Source: a virus (taxonomy: Duplodnaviria; Caudoviricetes). Taken from it: a stretch of DNA of 28,199 nucleotides. The position numbers and the translations under genes were made by a program. Positions within the stretch are counted from its first letter, which is position 1. Every line of letters begins with the position of its first letter. Location: IMG/VR virus record IMGVR_UViG_3300045457_000125, positions 1 through 28,199 of that record; one strand, given 5' to 3'. Positions 18,237 through 25,651 of the stretch are shown here, in pieces. The notes under the pieces were generated by a model. It was not told the origin of the DNA. It did not search any database and saw only the letters and a list, made by a program, of their open reading frames with translations.

Positions 18237-18713
18237 TTATTTATTTTCTTCTTCTTGTTTAAGTATGCGTTCACTCCATCTCAATGCTGGTTCTCCTCCC
18301 CACAATAGATAGGAGATAGTTCCACAAGCAGTAGTATCATCTGGATTGTAATACTCTTTCGCCCTGCTTAAATATGAATACATCCTTTTGATTGTGGTCA
18401 ATGAGATTGGCTCTCTGTTTGCCAGTTGTTGCGCTCTCACTTTTCCGACTTGAGTTGCACACTTGTTATTCACTTCCTTGTTCAATCGGATTCCTCTTTC
18501 TGCTTCTTCGCTTATTCCTTTTGGATAATCTGTGAATGTTTTCTCTGCCATCTTCTTTTCGTATCTATCACGGATTGTATCTGAATACTGAACACGACAT
18601 ATCGCATATCGTTGTTTCTCGCTTGTGTATTCCGTTCGCATAGTTTCATCGGACATACATCTATTGATGAATTCGCTTTCGCTTTCTGATTTATATGGCT
18701 TTGGTATCGGCAT
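18237..18713 (-). CDS. Two-module conserved phage protein
   Basis: N-terminal module PxPxxxESxxEFIxRCM...QRYAIC. C-terminal module DYP...CATQVGKVRAQQLA...TIKRMYSYLSR...ISYLLWGG. Confidence 0.75.
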   Translation of the reverse strand: MPIPKPYKSESESEFINRCMSDETMRTEYTSEKQRYAICRVQYSDTIRDRYEKKMAEKTFTDYPKGISEEAERGIRLNKEVNNKCATQVGKVRAQQLANREPISLTTIKRMYSYLSRAKEYYNPDDTTACGTISYLLWGGEPALRWSERILKQEEENK

Positions 18714-18900
18714 GGATTGAAGAGATTAGAATTTCCTTGTCTAGTTTCATTACATTGCTCAACTTGTTTATTTCATCATCGCTCAATATGTGTGGTGCTT
18801 TCAATGAGAAGTAGAATTTATTTCTATTTACTCCACTCTCTTTTATCAAGTGTTCTTTTTTTAAGCCAGTTGATTCAACTAGTGCTTTGAATTTGGTCAT
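18691..18900 (-). CDS. Small HTH-like protein
   Basis: Likely start ATG 18900 (ATGA overlap). XRE-like pattern GLKKEHLIKESGVNRNKFY. Confidence 0.6.
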   Translation of the reverse strand: MTKFKALVESTGLKKEHLIKESGVNRNKFYFSLKAPHILSDDEINKLSNVMKLDKEILISSIHADTKAI

Positions 18901-19094
18901 TGCTTCCATTTGTTTAAGGGACATTCTGCGTCTATTAATTTTGTTTTGATTTTCATTACACATCCACATAGGTATTTCTTCTCTCCATCCGTGTCTGTTA
19001 TTTCATGTCCTATGATTGGAGTTCCACAAGTTCCTGCTTTCGTGAAATGCTCACACGACTTGCATATCTTGTATCTTTGTTGTGATAGTTTCAT
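18897..19094 (-). CDS. Cys-rich metal-binding small protein (DUF6171-like)
   Basis: RYKICKSC...C...CGCVM..KT......CPLNKW. Likely start ATG 19094. Confidence 0.7.
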   Translation of the reverse strand: MKLSQQRYKICKSCEHFTKAGTCGTPIIGHEITDTDGEKKYLCGCVMKIKTKLIDAECPLNKWKQ

Positions 19095-19114
19095 ATGCCA
19101 AAAATATGTAATCA

Positions 19115-19122
19115 CAAATCTA
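19115..19122 (-). promoter_or_regulatory. Candidate Bacteroidota -7 promoter box for the packaging/late operon
   Basis: TAGATTTG matches TAnnTTTG and lies in one of the few intergenic gaps, 20 nt upstream of ATG 19094. No clean -33 TTTG was seen. Confidence 0.5.
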
Positions 19123-19170
19123 TATAGATGCATCTGTTGATAAATTTATATCCGGATATGCGTTCGCAAT

Positions 19171-19425
19171 TCACACTCCTCTTGTGTTGTTTTGTTTATC
19201 CTCTGTCTTTTTGTTTCTCTTGTGTTCATCTATTCTTCCCTCTATGTATTTGTTGTGTATGTATCTAATCGTGTCAATCTTTACTCCTAGCAGTTGTGCT
19301 ATTTCATCATAGCGCATGGAATTGTCGTTGTATAGAATTGCGACTCTATGCTCTATGTTTTCATCTATTCTCTTGAGTTCTTTGTATTGCTCTGTTACTC
19401 CATTGGGTTTTGTTCTTGGTCTCAT
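19171..19425 (-). CDS. HTH DNA-binding protein (possible late regulator)
   Basis: MRYDEIAQLLGVKIDTIRYI is a sigma-region-4-like HTH. It is the last gene before the candidate late promoter. Confidence 0.65.
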   Translation of the reverse strand: MRPRTKPNGVTEQYKELKRIDENIEHRVAILYNDNSMRYDEIAQLLGVKIDTIRYIHNKYIEGRIDEHKRNKKTEDKQNNTRGV

Positions 19426-19787
19426 ACTTCTTCAATTTTGATATTGTAAATTGCTTCCACCAGTTTTCTTTTCAGATTGAACATCTGATATGCGTTCGTA
19501 GTTCTATATGCTTTTCGTGATTCTTCGCTCTTGAATGTCGGCTTCACATCCAGATACCTGCATCCTCTTTCGTATGTAACAACATAGTCGCAAACATAGA
19601 AACAGATATGAACTCCATTTACTTCAATCTTAATTCTGTGTTGTTCTGTGATATCCACAATCGCACCAAGTTGTGGATGCTGGATGTTCAATCGTTGTTG
19701 TAGTTTCAAATCTTCACCAACATTGAATTCTTTTTTGGAGTGCTTTCCTCCCACTCTTCTGTTCCTATACTTACTTGCGTGAATCAT
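19422..19787 (-). CDS. DUF1064-like PD-(D/E)XK endonuclease
   Basis: SKYRN, SKKE, YVCDYV, LDVK and LKRKL motifs. Confidence 0.7.
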   Translation of the reverse strand: MIHASKYRNRRVGGKHSKKEFNVGEDLKLQQRLNIQHPQLGAIVDITEQHRIKIEVNGVHICFYVCDYVVTYERGCRYLDVKPTFKSEESRKAYRTTNAYQMFNLKRKLVEAIYNIKIEEV

Positions 19788-20028
19788 ATTTTGCTTTATG
19801 TATTTTTTTTAAGAACTCTTTGTGTTGCTTCTTGTCTCCATACTCTTCATGGCATTTTCTACATAGTGCCATCAGGTTTTCTGGAGTATCCTTGTCATTG
19901 CTTCCTCCCATCCCTCTGGCTTCAATATGATGGATATCTACTGCTTGTCGTAGACAGACTTCGCAATAGATGAAATCGCTCGGAGCATATCCGAAGAAAT
20001 GCAGATATATTCTTGTGTGCTTTTTCAT
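19771..20028 (-). CDS. HNH endonuclease
   Basis: CEVC...DIHHI..RGMGG...ENLMALCRKCH. Likely start ATG 20028. Confidence 0.88.
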   Translation of the reverse strand: MKKHTRIYLHFFGYAPSDFIYCEVCLRQAVDIHHIEARGMGGSNDKDTPENLMALCRKCHEEYGDKKQHKEFLKKIHKAKYDSRK

Positions 20029-20135
20029 CAACTGCTTCTTGCTACTATCAATGTCAATACGATTGCGCTGATGCACGAAACCACAATCCATCCCCAGAAG
20101 ATGATATCATCCCAGTTTATTTTGTTGTTATCCAT
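20028..20135 (-). CDS. 35-aa single-pass membrane peptide (absent from the ORF track)
   Basis: MDNNKINWDDIIFWGWIVVSCISAIVLTLIVARSS*. It overlaps the upstream stop and shares TGATG with the HNH start. Confidence 0.7.
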   Translation of the reverse strand: MDNNKINWDDIIFWGWIVVSCISAIVLTLIVARSS

Positions 20136-20370
20136 TTAGATATTCGATTAGTTCTACATAAATTGCTTTCCCTTTTATTACTTGTTCAGTAGTGCCATCT
20201 GGAAGTTCTAGGCATTTGTCTGATTCAATACATTCTTCAATCGTTAATTGAAGAGGATGGTCGAATCTTCTTTTCAATGTTTGCTTTGTGATATTTAATG
20301 CACTCGCATATTCCTCTTGTGTTTTGCCTCTCATTCTTACAAGTCTTTTGAGGTCAATCTTGTTTTCCAT
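20128..20370 (-). CDS. XRE/Cro-like HTH protein
   Basis: RGKTQEEYASALNITKQTLKRR is an HTH pattern. Confidence 0.75.
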   Translation of the reverse strand: MENKIDLKRLVRMRGKTQEEYASALNITKQTLKRRFDHPLQLTIEECIESDKCLELPDGTTEQVIKGKAIYVELIEYLNG

Positions 20371-21022
20371 TTTGTATGTTTGATATTAGAATTTGTTTCT
20401 GTGCTTCCCTTTCCCCATCATCAATCGTGATTCTGTCTACAAGTTGTTTCACAATGAATGATTCTTTGTTGCGATAGTCTGAATGTGTTTCTGCTTTCAA
20501 TACTATTTGATAATGCTCTGCCTTTGACCTTGCTTCCTCAATTATCATCTTCGCTTTCTCTATTGGCAAAGTAGATAGCATTCCATTGAATGCCTTATTC
20601 CAGCAGTAAATAAATGGCATTTCATTATTCTTGGAATAGTATGTCAGTAGATATTCATACGCATCTTTGTCTGACATCTCTGGTGCTTTAAGCAATAGCA
20701 TATTCGCTTGTCGCTCCTGCTCTTTTTTTACTCTGCTATCTACGATGTGCCGATAGGAGTTCAAACATCGTGCGACATATTGCATATCAAATGTCCCATA
20801 GTGTTCTATTCCGTTCGCTACTGCGTATCTAAATGCTTCCTGCACATCATCGCTTGTGAAATTGCGATAGTATTTGAATACGAATCCAGACAATTCGCCA
20901 AGCATATTGACATCTGGTGCATTCTTTACTCCTAGAATTGCCGATGATTTCAATAGAGCCAGTTCAAACTGCGCTGACTTCTGCTTGTCATTGGTTTGAA
21001 TACTTGTGTTTGAGTTGTTCAT
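20354..21022 (-). CDS. Hypothetical replication-associated protein
   Basis: 222 aa directly after the initiator (helicase-loader position), with a DVQEAFRYA helical motif. No ATPase motif was seen. Confidence 0.55.
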   Translation of the reverse strand: MNNSNTSIQTNDKQKSAQFELALLKSSAILGVKNAPDVNMLGELSGFVFKYYRNFTSDDVQEAFRYAVANGIEHYGTFDMQYVARCLNSYRHIVDSRVKKEQERQANMLLLKAPEMSDKDAYEYLLTYYSKNNEMPFIYCWNKAFNGMLSTLPIEKAKMIIEEARSKAEHYQIVLKAETHSDYRNKESFIVKQLVDRITIDDGEREAQKQILISNIQNGKQD

Positions 21023-21821
21023 AGATATCGTTGTATGTTGTTTTCTGTTTCACTTCTTTCAATTCAAATACATCTGCCCATCCACTACGGATTGACTTGT
21101 CTACGATTGCAGTAGCAACAACTGGGTCATAGAGCGACAAATCATTCAGTCGCTTGACAAGTCTTGTCAATGCTCCAATAGTGTTTGGAACTTTCTTTGC
21201 TTGTCTGACTTCAAGATGTTCGCACAATGCTTCACACAATACTTCATCCTTGATTACATTGCGATAGAACTCTTGTGCTTTGTCAAGTGATACTGCTTTC
21301 TTTTTTGTTGGAGGATTTTCAATGATTGCTTTCAACTGCCATACTTCATCCTTGACAATTTCTGTCTTGACAAGTTCTGCCTTGACCTCTTCTACAACTT
21401 CAGCAGTTTCTTGTGTTTTGTTTTTCTTTGGTCTTGCTTTTGGATTTACTTTCCATTTCTGCTTCGCTGCATTAACACACGATTCAATCCTGCGTATGCG
21501 CTTGTCTACAATCCAATCTCCGTATTGAGTTCGCATTGTCTTATCTTCTGCGATTGTCAGCAGTCCGTTTCCTTCAAGCGATTGCAGAAAGTTCATCGCT
21601 TCTTTGTGTGGTGCTTCTCCATATGCGTTCGCAATCTCTTCTAGGAATCTATTTGCGTTCGCAATGTAGTTGCAGGAAATAAATTCGTGCAGTTTAATCC
21701 ATAAGAGTTCTCTCCATATGTGTCCTTTGCCGAATACTGCTTCTCTTTTTGTTGAATCTTTTATGACTTCTGTCAATGGAAGATATGGGAATCCACCTCT
21801 TGTAGTTGCTTTAAGTTTCAT
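20988..21821 (-). CDS. Putative replication initiator/replisome organiser
   Basis: Likely start ATG 21821 (ATGA overlap). A basic linker precedes the C-terminal HLEVRQAKK.P.T..AL..L...L..LS...AIVDKSIRSGWADVF motif common in phage initiators. Confidence 0.65.
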   Translation of the reverse strand: MKLKATTRGGFPYLPLTEVIKDSTKREAVFGKGHIWRELLWIKLHEFISCNYIANANRFLEEIANAYGEAPHKEAMNFLQSLEGNGLLTIAEDKTMRTQYGDWIVDKRIRRIESCVNAAKQKWKVNPKARPKKNKTQETAEVVEEVKAELVKTEIVKDEVWQLKAIIENPPTKKKAVSLDKAQEFYRNVIKDEVLCEALCEHLEVRQAKKVPNTIGALTRLVKRLNDLSLYDPVVATAIVDKSIRSGWADVFELKEVKQKTTYNDIYEQLKHKYSNQ

Positions 21822-22612
21822 TGGTCTAGTATATTGTCGTATGTTGGTTGAATATAAACTGATTTCTCTTCTGGTGATTTTGATGCATAAGAACATGAGT
21901 CGTTCAAAGCGCAGTTACCACATCGCTTCAATGTAGGTCTGGGAATGAATCCTCCAGTAACTATTTCCATGTCTATTCTCTTTCTAACAGATTCCAATCT
22001 TTGTTGATGTATTTCATTTGTTATTGGTTGCTCCATCTTTACTTCAAAGAATTCACAATCTTCGTTCGTGCTTGAGAATACAAAATAGTAGAACGGCATT
22101 CCAGTCATGTATGAATAGTGTATTGGTTGGATGTGGTGAGCCGTTTTGTATTCAAAAGAATCAAGACTCCATCCATTATCATCCCACTTGTCATGTAGCT
22201 TTCCAGTGTATTTCAAATCAATGATAACTTCTCTTCCTTTGTACATGGCTACAATATCAAGAACCAATGAGCAGTTGTCTTTCACTATTCTCTTTCCAAC
22301 TTCAAGAATTTCTATTCCAAGATTTGTGCAATACTTTTTGAAATTCATTGCTTGTATTTCGGCTCTTTCATATTCAGCAGTCAGATTTCCATCCCTCTTT
22401 GTTTTGGGTCTTGGCTCTTCTTCTCCTGCTCCAACATAACCAGTTGCCTTGTATTCAAAATACTTTCCAAGCATCATTGCGTCTGTCGGCTCTTGCTTTA
22501 TGGTCTTGAATAGATTTGTCTCTGACCATTTGATTCCACATTCCTTCCCATGACAATAGTCAAGATATGATAGCAAGAATGATTTGCTGATGTTATAGTT
22601 AGCATCCATCAT
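21818..22612 (-). CDS. PD-(D/E)XK exonuclease (Cas4/AddB-like Cys cluster)
   Basis: LDIV...IIDLK, QxxxY (QPIHY), N-terminal Cys residues and a C-terminal CGNCALNDSC. Confidence 0.8.
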   Translation of the reverse strand: MMDANYNISKSFLLSYLDYCHGKECGIKWSETNLFKTIKQEPTDAMMLGKYFEYKATGYVGAGEEEPRPKTKRDGNLTAEYERAEIQAMNFKKYCTNLGIEILEVGKRIVKDNCSLVLDIVAMYKGREVIIDLKYTGKLHDKWDDNGWSLDSFEYKTAHHIQPIHYSYMTGMPFYYFVFSSTNEDCEFFEVKMEQPITNEIHQQRLESVRKRIDMEIVTGGFIPRPTLKRCGNCALNDSCSYASKSPEEKSVYIQPTYDNILDQ

Positions 22613-23480
22613 TGCCTCCTTTCTTGCTTATCTCTTCTTTAAGAAACTGAATGCATCTTTGCGCTCTTTCTTCCGTGAATGACATCATGCTCTCTTCAAT
22701 CTTTGAAACAACTTCTGGATTCAAAGATTCATTATCCAACAAATCGAATATCTGTTGCAATGATTCTTGTGTTGCTTTTGATGGTTGCTTTTGCTTATTG
22801 TTCTCTCTGTGATATGTTTCCTCTTCCATTTCTTCAGCAGGAGTTGCTTCATATCCTACTGCATTCATAACATAACCAAGCAAGTTTCTAAATGCTTTTC
22901 CTATTGCCCTAGTCTGTGCCATTGATGCTATTGCGTATTCATCAAAGTCTGCTTTCTTGGTTTCTGAATTTGTGCATACTGCATGACCGAATCCGATTTC
23001 TTTGCCAGTTGTTATTGAAATCAATTTACAAGTACATTCATATGCGAAATACGAACGCACATAGATTGCATCTGCGTCTGCTTTATTTTCTAGATGTAAT
23101 TCTTTGTCTGTGGTCAATAAGCATATTGACTGAACCTGCTTTCCATATCTGTCTTTCTGATTCTTTTTGTGAACATACAATGCTTCTTTATGCGAATGCA
23201 TGCGAACTGGCTTTTCGCACATCGGCACGATTCCGAAATTCATTCCAGCGAATTTCCATCCATCTACCATTGCATACTCTTTCCCTTGAATGTTGACTGA
23301 CAACTTGTTTTTGGTAATATACCATTTCAATTTATGACCGAACTGCATCACGGCATTAGGGTCTACCATTGCAATCAATTTTGTTTCCGAATGTGCTAGT
23401 GCATCCGTGTTGTTTTCGTGCGCCATATCGCTTCTAAATTGCTCTAGAGACGCATCATTCTGTGCTTTGTTTTCGCTCAT
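22599..23480 (-). CDS. Putative single-strand annealing protein (Sak/Rad52-like)
   Basis: IQGKEY..VDGW, SMAQTRAIGKAFR and TPAEEM motifs. Paired with the exonuclease gene. Confidence 0.65.
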   Translation of the reverse strand: MSENKAQNDASLEQFRSDMAHENNTDALAHSETKLIAMVDPNAVMQFGHKLKWYITKNKLSVNIQGKEYAMVDGWKFAGMNFGIVPMCEKPVRMHSHKEALYVHKKNQKDRYGKQVQSICLLTTDKELHLENKADADAIYVRSYFAYECTCKLISITTGKEIGFGHAVCTNSETKKADFDEYAIASMAQTRAIGKAFRNLLGYVMNAVGYEATPAEEMEEETYHRENNKQKQPSKATQESLQQIFDLLDNESLNPEVVSKIEESMMSFTEERAQRCIQFLKEEISKKGGNDGC

Positions 23481-23584
23481 TTTGTTGGTTGTTTTTGTTT
23501 AATGTAATTACTTGTATTTCAATCTATTATATTTGCTTGATTATCAATGTACTAGGTTTGTCATTTAAGGCACTTTTAAAGCCA

Positions 23585-23862
23585 TTACAGAGCGCATCTG
23601 TTCACTTTACTCCATAGCTCGACTAATAGGGCAAAACACATTTAGATAGTGTTTAAACCTTGTTTGAGAAAGAACCACATCTCACTCAACTGCGATACTA
23701 GAACCAAGTTTCCTCAAGGGCAGGAGGTGCTGAAGTGTGTTGTGTTTTGCCCACTCTAGTCAGTCGCACAACTAGAGATATAATTCAGCGCAGTTCACTA
23801 TCGCCTATCATATTTGCGAATGTTGTTGTGGTATTCGCTGGGATATGATTGGACTACAACCC
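23585..23862 (-). ncRNA. Candidate structured leader/non-coding RNA
   Basis: No long ORF. Contains a perfect 12-bp inverted repeat (23629-23640/23741-23752) and several nested 6-7 bp stems, downstream of a TAnnTTTG box. Confidence 0.45.
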
Positions 23863-23866
23863 ACCA

Positions 23867-23874
23867 CAAAAATA
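23867..23874 (-). promoter_or_regulatory. Candidate Bacteroidota -7 promoter box for the recombination/replication operon
   Basis: TATTTTTG matches TAnnTTTG and is preceded by an AT-rich tract. Confidence 0.5.
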
Positions 23875-23994
23875 TACACACATCAATTCAATACTAATTT
23901 TGTTAGTAAATTAGAATGCATTGGATATGTGCAATAAATATTTTTATTTATTAAAAGCATATCCGTTCGCATATTTGTTAAATGCGTATGCAAT

Positions 23995-24026
23995 AAAAAA
24001 GCCGAACACCATTACGATGTTCGGCT
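23995..24026 (-). terminator. Intrinsic terminator ending the early operon
   Basis: Minus strand reads AGCCGAACA-TCGTAATGG-TGTTCGGCT-TTTTT. Confidence 0.88.
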
Positions 24027-24054
24027 ACAAACAGAGAGCAACTATTCAAAGATA

Positions 24055-24636
24055 CTAATTAGCAGAATGCGATTTGATAATTCTTATCGCTTCTTCAACT
24101 GGGTCAAATGTTTTTTTGTTTTCTAGTTGGTCTTTGACTTTGCTTAACTGGTCAACAAGTCTATCAATGTTTGAATCATCATACTTGCTGAAGAATTGTT
24201 TTCTTCTTCTAACAACTTCACAAGCATCAAGCAATAGTTCAATCCGTACAGAATCATCATTACTGCATTCATAAACGAATCCAACTTTGGTAGCAATGCC
24301 TTCTTCTATTTCTATGACCATCTTGTCAAGTCCAACGATGTGCCTTGCATAGTTCTCAACAGACCTGCATTGTGAATCATTCATGTCTTTTAATGCTCCA
24401 ATCAATCGAAGCAAGACTGCGATATACAAGTCGCTTCTGAACCTTTCCATTTCTTGTATGGTTGAAATTGTATCTGTGTATAGATGCGCCATCAATGCCA
24501 TTAAGTCATCTTTGTCGGATTTGACTTCGCTATCTAATCTTTCAGCAATTTCTTGTACTGATTCATCTGGATAGATTTCAGATACCAGTTGTGTCAATAA
24601 GTTGTAGAATGTTGTGAATTCGATTTGTGTTTTCAT
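24055..24636 (-). CDS. Hypothetical helical protein
   Basis: 193-aa ORF in operon orientation, with no recognised motif. Confidence 0.75.
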   Translation of the reverse strand: MKTQIEFTTFYNLLTQLVSEIYPDESVQEIAERLDSEVKSDKDDLMALMAHLYTDTISTIQEMERFRSDLYIAVLLRLIGALKDMNDSQCRSVENYARHIVGLDKMVIEIEEGIATKVGFVYECSNDDSVRIELLLDACEVVRRRKQFFSKYDDSNIDRLVDQLSKVKDQLENKKTFDPVEEAIRIIKSHSAN

Positions 24637-24640
24637 GTGT

Positions 24641-24961
24641 TTAGTTTTTTGATTGTTTGATATCGTATTTTTTTAATGATTGTTTTGTGTACGGATAAGC
24701 AGTAGCATCTTTCAATATGCTATCCATATTGAGTTCATGCGCTTCTCCCAGTTGCGAAACTCTATACATATGTCTCACCAGATTCAATGATAGCAATGTA
24801 GATACGCATCCGATTACTATGTCCTCAATATCGTTGTGGAAATAGAATCTACCATCATCCATCAATATGCCGAATCTCTTTTTGTATTCTGTTTCTTTTT
24901 TCCGTACATACACATCTATATATGTTGGATTGTTTTTTACTAATGTTAATTCGATAGCCAT
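24641..24961 (-). CDS. Hypothetical protein
   Basis: Likely start ATG 24961 (MAIELTLV), 4 nt after the upstream stop. Confidence 0.7.
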   Translation of the reverse strand: MAIELTLVKNNPTYIDVYVRKKETEYKKRFGILMDDGRFYFHNDIEDIVIGCVSTLLSLNLVRHMYRVSQLGEAHELNMDSILKDATAYPYTKQSLKKYDIKQSKN

Positions 24962-24965
24962 AAAT

Positions 24966-25325
24966 TTAGTTTGTTTTGAATTGAGTGAACACTGAATGTT
25001 TGATGAATACTTGTCTCTCGTATCCTTGTGATTTGAAATGCAAGAAGAATCTGTTGCGCATAAGTTCAAAGAAAGGAATCTTGTATGTATTTACTTTCTT
25101 TCCCTGCTTCTCTGTCAATAACACATACTCACATTCTAGAGCGATTGATTCTAGCATATCGGAATTGATGCCGTAACTATTGCTATTCTTGTGCAGATGC
25201 TTTGACATTGTGCGCTCAAGCAATAGTGTTTTTGAATTTCCATCGAATGTTCCGATGCGCTTCTGCTTTCCTTGAATGATGATTGTGTATGTACGCAATG
25301 CGCCTATGGTTCTTGTGTGTATCAT
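24966..25325 (-). CDS. Hypothetical basic protein
   Basis: 119 aa with an ATGA overlap and a KHLH....SYGIN motif. Confidence 0.75.
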   Translation of the reverse strand: MIHTRTIGALRTYTIIIQGKQKRIGTFDGNSKTLLLERTMSKHLHKNSNSYGINSDMLESIALECEYVLLTEKQGKKVNTYKIPFFELMRNRFFLHFKSQGYERQVFIKHSVFTQFKTN

Positions 25326-25651
25326 ATGCCAAGCCTCCTTTCATCATTGTAGTCATCTGCTCTGTCTTGCTCTTTCCAGAATGCTTCATCATCTTCATCA
25401 TACTCCTCCATACCAGTAAAGCAAACTTCATTGTCAAGCAATACATCATAGATACAAGTGCTATTTACATTCAGCAGGGATGCGATGTATTCTATTTCAT
25501 CTTCATCGAATGTTAGAAAGTCATCTTCTGCTTTCCTACATCCCTCAATGAATTCACGAATACAAGTTTCTTCGTTGTATGTCATTTGCTTGATTCTTTT
25601 GTTTATATCGTTGCAGATATGATTTATTTCTATTTGGATTTGCTTATTCAT
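25322..25651 (-). CDS. Hypothetical acidic protein
   Basis: 109 aa with a D/E-rich C-terminus, coupled by ATGA at both ends. Confidence 0.75.
   Translation of the reverse strand: MNKQIQIEINHICNDINKRIKQMTYNEETCIREFIEGCRKAEDDFLTFDEDEIEYIASLLNVNSTCIYDVLLDNEVCFTGMEEYDEDDEAFWKEQDRADDYNDERRLGI

Larger units (their letters stand above)
1991..23992. repeat. Dispersed palindromic motif T[G/C/A]CG-WW-CGCA, at least 22 copies
   Basis: TGCG-WW-CGCA starts at 3682, 5321, 5538, 12687, 14740, 15470, 16084, 16579, 16627, 19159, 21624, 21654. Single-arm variants start at 7307, 12943, 13672, 15251, 17448, 18122, 18631, 19491, 23050, 23962. Confidence 0.9.

Noticed and set aside
21818-22612. Cas4 as part of a CRISPR-Cas system
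   Set aside because: There are no cas1/cas2 genes and no array. Pairing with an annealase indicates a recombination exonuclease.
23585-23862. Retron msr-msd, DGR template, tRNA or hammerhead ribozyme
   Set aside because: There is no reverse transcriptase in the window, and I saw no TR/VR pair, cloverleaf or CUGANGA/GAAA core.
1991-23992. CRISPR array interpretation of the repeated motif
   Set aside because: The repeats are only 10-16 bp, irregularly spaced, in both orientations and inside genes.
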